From positions 95,978,001 through 96,042,000 of the forward strand of contig NC_086108.1 of assembly GCF_963921235.1 (NCBI RefSeq): DNA of 64,000 bases, written 5' to 3'. Under the pieces are notes generated by a model. The model had not been told where the DNA came from. It saw only the letters and a list, made by a program, of their open reading frames with translations, and ran no database searches. Below, in pieces: positions 12,248-24,583 of this stretch. This DNA is from Mobula hypostoma. Taxonomy: Eukaryota. Both the position numbers and the translations under genes were made by a program. Numbering within the stretch: position 1 is the first letter of the stretch; every line of letters starts with the position of its first letter.

Positions 12248-12547
12248 CAGCATCCGTTAATCAGTGAGACCATGGATTTGCGCCTTGGAAGGTTTCCAGG
12301 GCACAGGCCTGGGCAAGGTTGTATGGAAGACCAGCAGTTGCCCATGCTGCAAGTCTCCCCTCTCCATGCCACCGATTTTGTCCAAGGGAAGGGCATTAGG
12401 ACCCATACATCTTGGCACTGGTGTCATCGCAGAGCAATGTGGTTAAGTGCCTTGCTCAAGGCCAAACACGCTGCCTCAGCCAAGGCTCGAACTAGCGACC
12501 TCCAAATCACTAGATGAACGCCTTAACCACTTGGCCACGGGCCAACA
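12248..12547 (-). mobile_element. tRNA-head SINE with CORE-like segment and probable RTE-derived body/tail
   Basis: Minus strand: tggccaagtggttaagg (box A), agttcgagcc (box B), ccttgagcaaggcacttaacc (CORE-like). Confidence 0.8.
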
Positions 12548-13213
12548 TGCAATATATGCAACATGTATTACTACTCACTTAAACACATTGTAAACAGAAC
12601 TATTATGTCTTTTGTTTGAACTTGTTGTCTACTTTGCTATTCATTTCATAAGTATTGTATGCAGAAATAAAAGAATAGGAAAATTGTAAAACTTTACAAA
12701 TTCATTGCTCATATATTCAATTATTACACTAAATTATTGCACTAAATATATTTACATCTGCAGCTCAGTAATCAAAGAATTCATACATTGTACCAAATGT
12801 ATACTAAGCACACCCCAGCTGATAACGTCTCAAAATCCACACCACCACGTCTGATTTCTTATGTTTCTCATTTATCAGTTCTAATACTACACAAACTTCA
12901 GTCCTCTGCATCTGTTCTTTAATGCTTAATCTAATTTGGTAGCACTTGGGAAACAAGATAAAATTGTCAGAAAAAGTAGAAGAGTTTCATATATAAAAAA
13001 AGTGTAGAAGAACTAGAACACAGGTTCAGGGCAGAAAATTACCAAGAAAAACAAATCTAATGAGTTTTTCTCAAATATTATTTTTCACAGTAATATTATA
13101 GATCTATTTGTAATGAGAGCGAATTTCTTTAGTAGACAATTTTATTTCTTCCATTTATTTACCTTCATCCCAACTCCATTTAATTTATTATAATCAAGAA
13201 TTGGTGCTCTAGG

Positions 13214-13535
13214 GAGAAAAAAAAAGGCATCTGTTAGTCTTGCGAGACCATGGATCTGCGCCTGGAAAGTCTTCACTCTCCAGGGCACAGGCCTGGCCAA
13301 GGTTGTATGGAAGACAGGCAGTTGCCTATGCTGCAAGTCTCCGCTCTCCACAACATCAATATTGTCCAAGGGAAGGGCAAAGGTCAAAGGCCAATATAGC
13401 TTGGCACCAGTGTCGTCGCAGGGCACTGTGTGATTAAGTGCCTTGCTCAAGGACACAACACGCTACCTCGGCTGGGGCTGGAACTCACGACCTTCAGGTT
13501 GCTAGCTGAATGCCTTAACCATTTGGCCACATGCC
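13214..13535 (-). mobile_element. Second copy of the same SINE family
   Basis: Collinear with 12248-12547; CTCTAGG flanks both sides (13207-13213, 13536-13542). Confidence 0.8.
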
Positions 13536-13632
13536 CTCTAGGAAAACTCATGTCAAAATTCCTTAATAATTATTCTATCACCTTCTTATTGCTGCTGTTT
13601 TTTTCATTAGGAGGCAAAGTGCCATTAATCAA

Positions 13633-15635
13633 CATGCACAAAACGCTGGAGGAACTCAGCAGGTCAGGCAGCATCCGTGGAAACGAACAGTCATTTCGGG
13701 CAGAAACCCTTCATCAGCACTGAAGAGGGAGTAGGGCAGGTGGGGGGAGGGTGGGAGGGAGAAGGCTGGTAGGTGCCAGGTGAAAAACCAGTAAGGAGAG
13801 AGATCAAGGGGTGGGGGAGGGGATAGGTAGGAAAGGTGAAGGAGGAATAGGGGGAAAGCACAATGGGTAGTAGAAGGAGGCGGAACCATGAGGGAGGTGA
13901 TAGGCAGCTGGAGGAGGGGGCAGAGTGAAACTGGGATGGGGGAAGTGGGGGGGGGGGAGAATTACTGGAAGTTGGAGAATTCAATATTCATGCCGAGGGG
14001 CTGGAGACTACCCAGACGGTATATGAGGTGTTGCTCCTCCAACCTGAGTTTAGCCTCATCACGGCAGTAGAGGAGGCCATGTATGGACATATCTGAATGG
14101 GAGTGGGAAGCAGAGTTGAAGTGGGTGGCTACTGGGAGACCCTGTCTGTTGTGGCGGACAGAGTGGAGGTGCTCGACGAAGCGGTCCCCCAATCTACGTC
14201 GGGTCTCACTGATGTAGAGGATGCCGCACCGGGAGCACCGGATGCAATAGATGACCCCAACAGACTCACAAGTAAGGTGTTGCCTCACCTGGAAGGACTG
14301 TTTGGGGCCCTAAATGGTGGCAAGAGAGGAGGTGTAGGGGCAGGTGTAGCACTTACGCTTATAGGGATAAGTGCCGGATGGGAGATCCGTGGGGAGGGAC
14401 ATGTGGACCAAGGAGTCGCAGAGGGAATGATCCCTGTGGAAAGCGGAGAGGGGTGGAGAGGGAAAGATGTGCTTAGTGGTGGGGTCCTGTTGAAGGTGGC
14501 GGAAGTTGCAGAGGATAATGTGCTGGATCCGGAGGGGTGGTAGGTGAGAACAAGGGGAACTCTGTCCCTGTTGTGGTGACGGGAGGAGGGGGTGAGGGCC
14601 AAAGTGCAGGAAATGGAGGAGATGCGGGCGAGGGCATCATTGATGACAGCAAAAGGGACACCACAATCCTTAAAGAAAGAGGACATTTGAGATGTCCTTG
14701 AACGGAAAGCCTCATCCTGGGAGCAGATGCGGCAGAGACAGTGGAATTGGGAATAGTATTTTTGCACGTGGCAGGGTCCTGTGATCATTCCCTCCGGGAC
14801 TCCTTGGTCCACATGTCCCTCCCCACGGATCTCCCACCCAGCACTTATCCCTGTAAGTGCAAGTGCTACACCTGTCCCTACACCTCCTCTCTTGCCACCA
14901 TTCAGGGCCCCAAACAGTCCTTCCAGGTGAGGTAACACTTCACTTGTGAGTCTGTTGGGGTCATCTATTGCATCCGGTGCTCCCTGTATGGCCTCCTCTA
15001 CATCGGTGAAACCCAATGCAGACTGGGGGACAAATTCGTCAAGCACCTACGCTCCATCCGCCACAACAGACAGGATCTCCCAGTTGCCACCCACTTCGAC
15101 TCTGCTTCCCATTCGGATATGTTCATACATGGCCTCCTCCACTGCCATGAGGCCAATCTCAGGTTGGAGGAGCAACACCTCATATACCGTCTGGGTAGTC
15201 TCCAGTCCCTTGGCATGAACATTGAATTCTCCCACTTCTGATAATTCCTCCCCCTCCCTTCCCCCATCCCAGTTTCACTCTGCCCCTCCTCCAGCTGCCT
15301 ACTACCTCCCTCATGGTTCAACCTCCTTCTACTACCCATTGTGTTTTCCCCTATTCCTTCTTCATCTTTCCTGCCTATCACCTCCCTGCTTCCCCTCCCC
15401 CATCTCTTTATCTTTCCCCTTACTGGTTTTTCACCTGGAACCTACCAGCCTTCTCCTTCCCACCCTCCCCCCACCTTCTTTATAGGGCCCCTGCCCCCTC
15501 CCTCTTCAGTCCTGACATAGGGTCTCAGCGCGAAACGTTGACTGTTCACTTCCACGGATACTGCCTGACCTGCTGAGTTCCTCCAGCATTTTGTGTGTGT
15601 TGCTTTGACCCCAACATCTGCAGAATATTTTGTTT
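13633..15635. mobile_element. Penelope-like element (Neptune-type GIY-YIG), two inverted arms, 14-bp TSD
   Basis: ORF 13962..14288 GVIYCIRCSRCGILYISETRRRLGDRFVEH; minus arm about 13633-14770, plus arm about 14775-15635; GTGCCATTAATCAA at 13619-13632 and 15636-15649. Confidence 0.93.
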
Positions 15636-15797
15636 GTGCCATTAATCAAATCCTATTATAATACCCAAAAGATAATGTTAAAGAAACAAAATCCAATTCA
15701 AATAACTACAAGATTAATAGCTTATTTATTGGAACCAAAACATGGAAACAAAGCAGACAAACAGTTTTAATTATACATTGTTTAACTCTTGCCTGTA

Positions 15798-17248
15798 TTC
15801 AAAGTTCAAACTACATTATCAAAGTACGTATACAGTATACAATCCTGACATTTGTCTTCCCACAGACAGCCATAAAACAAAGAAATACCATGGAATCTGT
15901 TCAAACATCAAACATGCGAAAGAAAATATCAAACATGCAAAAACAAAACAAGTCACACTAACAGCAAAAAAAAGTGAAAAAAACACAATATAAACATCAA
16001 ACCACAGAGTCACTAAAGCAGACGCTGATTGTGCAGTTTAGATCAGTTCAACTCAGTGCTGTGTTGTTTGTTGATGGTGCCCACAGGCTGTAGAGCCTGT
16101 CTGTCCTGATCAAAATCGCTCAAAATAGCAATAGGAAAACAAGTAACCAGAAACACATAACATGAACTATAGAGTCCAATCCACATCGATGAAACCTTTC
16201 CAAAGGTCCTGGCACCGGCAAGGAGAGAGAGGGGAAAAACCCGATCAAACACAAGCACCTTACTCTGGCTGCTGCAAGCGGGAGACCAGTCACATGCAGG
16301 CACTTCCCTTCAACAGCATGGGGGAGGGGGGGGAGAGAGAGAGGAGAGAGAGAGAGGAGAGAGAGAGGGAGAGAGAGGGAGAGAGAGGGAGAGAGAGGGG
16401 AGAGAGAGGGGAGAGAGAGGGAGAGAGAGGGAGAGAGAGGGAGAGAGAGGGGAGAGAGAGGGGAGAGAGAGGGAGAGAGAGGGAGAGAGAGGGAGAGAGA
16501 GGGGAGAGAGAGGGAGAGAGAGGGAGAGAGAGGGGAGAGAGAGGGGAGAGAGAGAGAGAGAGAGAGGGAGAGAGAGGGAGAGAGAGGGAGAGAGAGGGGA
16601 GAGAGAGGGAGAGAGAGGGAGAGAGAGGGGAGAGAGAGGGGAGAGAGAGGGGAGAGAGAGGGAGAGAGAGGGAGAGAGAGGGGAGAGAGAGGGGAGAGAG
16701 AGGGGAGAGAGAGGGGAGAGAGAGGGGAGAGAGAGGGGAGAGAGAGGGAGAGAGAGGGGAGAGAGAGGGAGAGAGAGGGGAGAGAGAGGGGAGAGAGAGG
16801 GAGAGAGAGGGGAGAGAGAGGGAGAGAGAGGGAGAGAGAGGGAGAGAGAGGGAGAGAGAGGGAGAGAGAGGGAGAGAGAGGGAGAGAGAGGGAGAGAGAG
16901 GGGAGAGAGGGGAGAGAGAGGGGAGAGAGAGGGAGAGAGAGGGGAGAGAGAGGGGAGAGAGAGGGAGAGAGAGGGAGAGAGAGGGGAGGAGAGGGGAGAG
17001 AGAGGGAGAGAGAGGGGAGAGAGAGGGAGAGAGAGGGAGAGAGAGGGAGAGAGAGGGAGAGAGAGGGAGAGAGAGGGGAGAGAGAGGGAGAGAGAGGGGA
17101 GAGAGAGGGGAGAGAGAGGGGAGAGAGAGGGGAGAGAGAGGGAGAGAGAGGGAGAGAGAGGGGAGAGAGAGGGGAGAGAGAGGGGAGAGAGAGGGGAGAG
17201 AGAGGGGAGAGAGAGGGGAGAGAGAGGGGAGAGAGAGGGGAGAGAGAG

Positions 17249-17343
<95 letters not shown>

Positions 17344-17440
17344 ACACACGTCAAATACAGGCAGACGGCACTGACCACCCACTCACAGAGACACACAAAG
17401 AAAATAGGCTGGCTACTTTGTTATTCTACACACGCGTATT
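15798..17440 (-). mobile_element. Non-autonomous Rex1-tail element containing the purine tract
   Basis: Tail ttcaaagttcaaactacattatcaaagtacgtatacagtatacaatcctgac at about 15800; 5' boundary uncertain. Confidence 0.55.
16321..17349. repeat. About 1-kb pure purine tract: (GGGAGAGAGA / GGGGAGAGAGA)n, then (GA)n, then a short (CA)n
   Basis: Only G and A from 16321 to 17340. Confidence 0.98.
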
Positions 17441-17557
17441 GTATGTAGAAATAAAAGAACAGGAAAACTGTAAAACTTCTTCATATTCATTCCTGATATA
17501 TTCAATGGGGCCCTCATTGGTTTGAGATCTCCATCCTTAAAGACCATGTAATTTTTT

Positions 17558-18180
17558 AAGATTATGAGGACACACAGTCCTCTTTTATTGTCCTTTAGTA
17601 ATGCATGCATTATGATACAATGCTTCTCCAGAATATCACAGAAACACATGACAAAGCAAGACTAAAAAAAACTGACAAAAACCACATAATTATAACATAT
17701 AGTTACAACAGTGCAAAGCAATACCATAATTTGATAAAGAACAGACCATGGCATGGTATTAAGTCTCAAAGTCTCTTGAACGTCCCATCATCTCACGCAG
17801 ACGGTGAACCTCCAGCGCCGCAAACTTGCCAATGCAGCATCCTGGAAGCATCCGATCACTGTCCGACTCTGAGTCCGTCCGAAAACTCCAAGCCTCCAAC
17901 CAGCTCTCCGACATCGAGCACCATCTCTGCCAAGCGCTTCGACCTCAGTCCCGGCAACAGGCAATAGGCAAAGCTGAGGATTTGGGGCCTTCCCCTCTGG
18001 AGATCCCGGACCACACAGTAGCAGCAGCAGCGAAGCGGGCATTTCAGAAGTTTCTCCAGGTGTTCCTCCGTGCTTCTCACGGCTGTCTCCATCAAATCAG
18101 GATTGTGCATGGCCCCTAGTTACACATACGATATCATTCGAACCGCCGCACACGCTGCATCGCGCCGCCATCTTCTCCTC
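17558..18180 (-). mobile_element. CpG-rich non-autonomous retroelement with 5' AAGATGGCGG motif
   Basis: cgcgccgccatctt at about 18161-18174; minus-strand aataaaagaggactgtgtgtcctcataatct tail at about 17560-17590. Confidence 0.55.
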
Positions 18181-18619
18181 CCACCTTCCTACATTTCATA
18201 CGTTCACATCTCTGTTTCTTTACGGAAGTGATAAACCAAGTGATGCAACGAAGCATTTTCCATCAACAAGTAATGTGCTAACTGGGTAGGTGGACGGAAG
18301 GTGGAAAATGCAATCCAGTTTTCAATATTAGTAACAGAAAATAGATTTGACAACTCAAATACTGAATGTTGAAGATGGTGTCAGAATTTGGCAGCTAGTG
18401 ATAAAATGCCTAGAGGGGCTAGAGCTTCATCTAATTACATGCTAGAAAGTAATGATAAGCTGACAACAGATTCTGATATTCTTTGGAGAAAAAGAGAAAG
18501 CAAAACTACAAAAGGAATTAGTTGTTGATGATGCAGATTTCAACGAATCTCAAGAGAGCACTTCCTGCATCTCAAACCAAGAAACTGGAGTACTACACAG
18601 CTTACAAATACATCATCGT

Positions 18620-19275
18620 GGAGTCGTACATTATAGAAACAGGCCTTTCAGCACAACTGGTCCATGGTGACCAGGGTGCCTGTCTAAACTAGTCCTATTT
18701 GCCTGTTCTTGGCCCTTATCCCCCTGAACCTTTCCTTTGATCAGTCCAAGACTCTTTTGCATGATGTTAATGTACCTGCCTTAAACACTTCATCTGGTAG
18801 CTCATTCCAAATCTCTTCCCTTTCACCTTAACCTATGCATTCAAGTGCTCAATTCTCCAGCCCCAGGAAAGAGTGTAGTACAGCACTGAATAACATAACA
18901 CAAGAAATAGGAGCAGGAGTAGACCATCTTGCCCATCTCTACCTACCTGCCTTTTCCCTATAACTCTTAATTCCTCTACTATGCAAAAACCTATCCAACC
19001 TTGTCTTAAGTATATTTACTGAGGTAGCCTCCACTATTTCATTGGGCACAGAATTCCAGATTCACCTCTCTCTGGAAAGAGCAATTCCTCCTCATCTCCG
19101 TCCCAAATCTACTCCCCTGAATCTCGAGGCTATGTCCCCTAGTTCTAGTCTCACCTACTAGTGGAAACAACTTTCCTGCCTCTATCTTATCCCTTTCATA
19201 ATTTTATGTTTCTATAAGCATTCTTTTGAATGAAGCCCCTTGACTTAACTCGTCCATACTGACAACTAAGCTAGT
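18620..19275 (-). mobile_element. Cluster of old CR1 3'-end fragments
   Basis: agaaacaggcctttcagc and aacataacacaagaaataggagcaggagtagaccat terminal motifs. Confidence 0.7.
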
Positions 19276-19311
19276 CCCATTTGCCCCCAGCTGGCCCAGA
19301 AGCTTTGAAAT

Positions 19312-19370
19312 CAGGGGTTCCCAACTTCTTATGCCATGGAGGTCTGTTAACCCCAGATTGTTAACCCCTA
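19312..19370. mobile_element. Tiny hAT-type MITE
   Basis: CAGGGGTTCCCAAC ... GTTAACCCCT degenerate TIRs; same TIR as at 50099. Confidence 0.55.
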
Positions 19371-19499
19371 CTCTAAATCTTTCCAATCCAGTTGCTACAA
19401 TACGCGAATGGGAAAAAGAATGAGTGAAATAAATGGCACAAAGTTGAGAAATTTTTAACGAAATCCTTTTAACAGTAGTCAAAGTACTTCTTTCCTTAC

Positions 19500-19685
19500 C
19501 TGGTCTTCAAGCTGAGCAAGGCGCCTCTTCTGCTCTTTTGCTGAGCTTTCAGAACTACTTTCAGCAGAGGAACTCCCACTGCTATGTTCACTTGATGATT
19601 CAGCGATACGTGTTGTAGATTGTGCCAAAACTGTACTTTTTACGGGATTCTTACATAGTTTTGCAAAAAGCATCTCAAAAACATC
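19500..19685 (-). CDS. BRDT: BET/BRDT coding exon: end of BD2, Ser-rich segment, start of motif B (DVFEMLFAK...KRRLAQLEDQ)
   Basis: ttctcacatag|GAT acceptor, CAG|GTAAGG donor, 186 nt, phase 0/0. Confidence 0.93.
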
Positions 19686-20631
19686 CTATGTGAGAATGAA
19701 TGAATGGGGGAGGGGAGGGAGAGAGGGGGAGAAAAAAAGAGGACGTGATAAAGCTCTGAATGGCAGCTTATCTACTCATTCCACACAAATCAGCAAATTT
19801 AAAGAAACCCACTGATGATATTAACACTTAGAACTGAAGTCTTTCACCAGACCAGTATTCTTCAGTGCATAAATCGCCATTAAATTAAAGCACATTTTCT
19901 GGACATGATTATAAAGCAAAACAACTGAGCACATAGTAATAATTAGAATGAAAGTTTCAGGTTCATGTGAACCAAAATCTTATCAGTAATTCAAATTAGT
20001 GCAGCTCCAGTGAAACAATTCACTCATACATGAGAAATACTATGCTCTTGATATTAAGTTTCAATGTGTAGCTACACTTTTTAAATCAAGTTTCTTAATT
20101 TGTTCAGCCTTAATACTGCAGTATTTTCAATTTACTGGTTGATCCCTGTTACACAGAAGGGCCTTATGATGAAATTCAATTGTAGATTGGGCTCAGCACA
20201 TGGGGAGATGCCAAACAAACTTTGCATTAAGAGATACAAAAAGATTGCAAGGACAAAATAACATTTTTTTTTCCTTTTGTCATGGTTTCATTTCCTCAGT
20301 TTAGAAACTTTTAATGAAGGGTCTTCCTTCTACCAAAAATTAAACACTTGGTTTGGTTTTGCTTGTAAGGAAGGCATTGGCGGCAGCTGTTCCATGATGT
20401 CTTCCTACTCTGGTGGAATTGAAGTGCAGATAGCTTTACAGTGAGGAGAGAAAACAGCATGTGCACGTCTGTGGGTGCACAAGACTGAACAGAGTAAATT
20501 GTGTATTGCCTCCTGCAACTTGATAATCAACAGCTTCTTCCCCTCTGCCATTAGATTTCTGAATGGACAATGAATCCATGAACACGACCTCATTATATTT
20601 GCCTCTCTTTAACACTACTTTATTTATATAC

Positions 20632-23070
20632 CAAAGTTCAAAGTAAATTTATTATCAAAGTACATATATGTCATCCAGAGATTCATTTTCTTGCAGGCAT
20701 ACTCAATAAATCCAATAACTATAATAGAATCAAAGAAAGACTATACTAACAGGATGGACAGCCACTGTGCAAAAGACAACAAATTGCAAATAAAAAGTCC
20801 AATAATAATAATAAATAAAGCAATATAAGTTGAGAACATGAGATGAAGAGTCCTTGAAAATGAGTCCATGGTTTGTGGGAACAGTTGTGATGGGGCAAGT
20901 GAAGTTGAGTGAAGCTAACCCCTCTGGTTCAAGAGTCTGGTGGTTGAGGGGTAATAACTGTTCCTGAACTTGGCGGTGGGAGTCCTGAGGCTCCTGTACC
21001 TTCTTCCTGATGGCAGTAGCACAAAGACAGCACATCCTGAATGGTGAGGATCCCTGATGATGGATGCTGCTTTCCTGTGTCAATGCTCCATGTAGAAATG
21101 TTCAATGGTGGGCAGGGCTTTACCCTTGATGGACTGAGCCACATACACTACTTTTCGTAGGATATTCTGTTCAAGGGCATTGGTGTTTCCATACCAGGAT
21201 CTGATGCAGCCAGTCAATGCACTCTCCACTATACATCTATAGAAGTTTGTCAAAGCTTTAGATCTAATGCAGAATCTTCACAGACTCCTAGGGAAGGCGC
21301 TGTTGTGCTTTATTCGTAATTGCATTTGTGTGCTGGGTCCAGGACAGATCCTCTGAAATGATAACGCTGAGGGATTTAAAGTTGCTGACCCTCTCCACCT
21401 CTAACCCCCGATGAGGACTGGCTCATCGACCTGCGGTTTCTTCCTCGTGAGAGAATAATCACCTCCTTGGTCCTGCTGACAATGAGTGAGTGGTTGCTGG
21501 TGCGTTGCATCTCAGCCAAGTTTTCATTCTCCCTCTTATGTGCTGATTTGTCACCACCTTTGTTTCAGACAATGACAGTGGTGTCATCAGCAAACCTGAA
21601 TTGTGGAATTGGAGCTGTGCTTAGCCAGAGGACTAAGCACACAGCCTTGCGGTGCACCTGTGCTGACGGAGATAGAGGAGATGTTGTTGATAATCCAAAC
21701 TGACTGGGGCCTGTAAGCAAGGAAATAGAGGGTCCAATTGCACAAGGAGGTATTGAGGTCAAGGTCTTGAAGCTTTTTAAATTAATTTTGAGGGGACTGC
21801 CGTCCAGATGTTCCAGGGTTGAGTGAAGAGACAATAAAATGACATCTTTAGAGGACCTGTTGTGTTGGTAGGCAAACTGGAGCAGATTCAAGTTGCTTCT
21901 CAGGCAGAAGTTGATAGGTTTCATCACCAACCTCTCAAAATACTTCATCCCTGTGGGTGCAAGTGCTGCTGGATGATAGCCATTGGGACAGGTTACCAAG
22001 TTCTTCTTGGGCACTGGTATAATTGAAGCCTGCTTAAAGCAGGTGGATACCTCAGAATGTTGAAGTGAGAGGTTAAAGGTCTCAGTGACGACTTCAGCAT
22101 GGGTCTTCTTTACTACCTGGTTAAGTACCCCAAACTGGCCAGATGCTTTCTGTGGGTTCACCCTTCTTCGCTCTCACATTGGTCTCAGAGACTGAAATCA
22201 CAGGATCATCAGGGACTGTTGGAGTTTGTGATGGTTCTTCCATGTTTTGATGGTCAAAGCGAGCATAGAATGCATTAAGTTCAACTGAAGGAAAGCACTG
22301 TTGTTACCCATGTCACTTATTCTCACTTTATAAGAGATGATAGCATTCAAGCCCTGTCACAGATGTCAAGCATCCTTCATTGGTTCAACTTTAGTCTGGA
22401 ATTATCACCTCCCCCATGCGATTGCTTTCCTGAGATCGTACTTGGACCTCATAACTTTTGTGGTCACCAGACCTGGATGCCTCTGATTTGGATCTCAGCA
22501 TATTGCAGATCTCATGGTTCATCCAGGGCTTCTTGTTGGGGAAGACTCTGAATGCTTTTGTGGGGACACTCTCATCTATGACTGTTTTATAAAGTCAGTG
22601 ACAACTGTGGTGTATTCATTGAGATCCAGAGACGAGTTGTTGAACATGGCCCAATCCACTGACCTGAAGCAATCCCATAGTCGATCCTTTGCCTCCTGCG
22701 ACTGTGTCTTTGTTGTCCTAATCTCGAGAGCCTTGCTCTTTAGCCTCTGCTTGTGTGCAGGGAGGACAGCCAGGTAATCCGATCTATCAAAATGCAGTCT
22801 GGGTATGGAACGGCAGGCATTCCACATCATAGTATAGCAGTGGTCTAGCGTGTTGGGACCTTTAGTGCTACAGGTTTTATGCTGATGGCAAATAGAGGAA
22901 TTTATTCAAATAAATCTGATTGAAAACCCCAACTATGATATGAAACATGTCAGGGTGGACTGCTTCTTGTTTGGTGACAGCATCATGCAGTATCTCAAGT
23001 GCTGAATTATAGTCACTCGGTGGTGGTATGCAAACTGCAGTGAAGATCAAGGAGAACTCTCAAGGGATAA
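20632..23070 (-). mobile_element. Degenerate Rex1/Babar LINE (endonuclease end, RT, 3' tail)
   Basis: ORFs 22576..22830 (PRLHFDRSDY, DCFRSVDW) and 21565..22161 (CFKQASIIPVPKK, QFAYQHNRS, FADDTT). Confidence 0.88.
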
Positions 23071-23449
23071 TTATCCCACTGCCTGCATAATTGCAGTATT
23101 TCTTATTGCAATTTGTGGTTATTTTTGTGTATTGCAACTGCGAAACAAATTTCACAACATTTGCCAGTGATATTAAACCCGATTCTAATTCTCAATTTGA
23201 GTATAGTGTGCCACTCCCAAGGGAAGATGAATCAAGACAACAGGTTGACTTTGACCAACATATCCCTCCTATATGCCTCCTATCCCCACATATAGTGGAT
23301 GAATATGTGTTTAAAGGTTTAAAGGTTTAAAAAGAGAAATTTTCAACGGTTCTTGTTTCAGTCGAAGCAAGCAGCTGAGAAGGAGTGAAGAAATCGGGTA
23401 GAAAATGTCATTTTTTTTTAAAACACTGCTCGGGGAGAAGGGTCTGCAC

Positions 23450-23528
23450 TGCGCAGGCGCGTGACGTAGTGCGCCAAGGTTTAAAAAGCAGAGCACCATA
23501 TACAGCGGCCATCGTTGTAGCGGCCATT
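23450..23528 (+). promoter_or_regulatory. Putative CR1 internal promoter motif cluster
   Basis: TGCGCAGGCGCG (NRF1-like, 23450), GTGACGTA (CRE/ATF-like, 23461), TTTAAAA (23480), GCGGCCATC/T twice (YY1-like, 23505 and 23520). Confidence 0.45.
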
Positions 23529-23647
23529 GTCAGAGTGGACTGAGTCAGAGTGGGACGGCTTTGGCTCAAACAGGCTTCAGCGAGAGCAGGCAGAGGCCAG
23601 GGTAGGTTCTGGTAAGTTTTCTGTTCAGATTGTCTGGCGTACAGAGA

Positions 23648-24583
23648 ATGCCAGGCAGGATGTTGGAATGCTCCTCTTGCAGGATGTGGGAAGTCAGGGA
23701 GCCCTCCGGTATCCCTGACAACTACATCTGCAGGAAGTGCATCCAGCTGCAGCTCCTGACAAACCGCGTTAGGGAACTGGAGCAGGAGCTGGATGACCCG
23801 CGGATCATTCGGGAGAATGAGGAGATTATGGATCGTAGCTACAGGGAGGTAGTTACGCCAAAGGAGCAGAGGACAGGAAATTGGGTCACTGTCAGGCGAG
23901 GGAAGAGGAAAGGACAGGCAGAGCAGGGTTCCCCTGTGGCCATTCACCTCAACAACAAGTATACCGCATTGGATACTGTTTGGAGGGATGACTTACCTGG
24001 GACTAGCTGCAGTAGCCGGATCTCTGGCACTGAGTCTGGCTCTGCAGTGCAGAAGGGAGTGGGGAGAATGAGGAGAGTGGTAGTGATAGGGGACTCGATA
24101 GTTAGAGGTGCAGATAGAAGGTTCTGTGGTCGTGACAGAGAATCCAGGATGGTTTGTTGCCTCCCAGGTGCCAGGGTCAAGGATGTCTCCGATCGATTGC
24201 ATGACATTCTGAAGTGGGAGGGTGACCAGCCAGATGTCGCGGTGCACATCGGTACCAATGACATAGCAAGGAAGAGTGAAGAGGTCCTGGACAGTGAGTA
24301 TAGAGAGCTTGGTAGGAAGTTGAAAAGCAGGACCTCAAGGGTGGTAATCTCAGGATTGCTACCTGTGCTAGGTGCCAGTGAGGGTAGCAATAGGATGCTC
24401 TGGAGGAGGAACAAGTGGCTGAGGAACTGGTGTAGGGGGCAGGGTTTCAGATTTAAGGATCATTGGGACCTCTTCTGGGGCAGGTGGGACCTGTACAAGA
24501 GAGACGGGTTACACTTGAACCACAGGGGGACCAATATCCTTTCAGGGAGATTTGTTAGTGCTATTGGGGAGGCTTTAAACTAG
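23648..24583 (+). CDS. CR1 ORF1p: N-terminal Cys zinc finger/coiled coil and SGNH (GDSL) esterase domain
   Basis: CSSC...CRKC, leucine heptads, VIGDSIVRG, HIGTND, DGLHLN. Confidence 0.92.
   Translation: MPGRMLECSSCRMWEVREPSGIPDNYICRKCIQLQLLTNRVRELEQELDDPRIIRENEEIMDRSYREVVTPKEQRTGNWVTVRRGKRKGQAEQGSPVAIHLNNKYTALDTVWRDDLPGTSCSSRISGTESGSAVQKGVGRMRRVVVIGDSIVRGADRRFCGRDRESRMVCCLPGARVKDVSDRLHDILKWEGDQPDVAVHIGTNDIARKSEEVLDSEYRELGRKLKSRTSRVVISGLLPVLGASEGSNRMLWRRNKWLRNWCRGQGFRFKDHWDLFWGRWDLYKRDGLHLNHRGTNILSGRFVSAIGEALN

Noticed and set aside
16120..17448. Long ORFs of 345-428 aa (poly-SL/PS or ER/G)
   Set aside because: Artefacts of the stop-free GA/CT tract; no splice or domain support.
23648..24583. 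Stand-alone or horizontally acquired SGNH esterase gene
   Set aside because: An esterase domain in ORF1 is an established feature of CR1-group LINEs, and it is followed directly by APE-RT.
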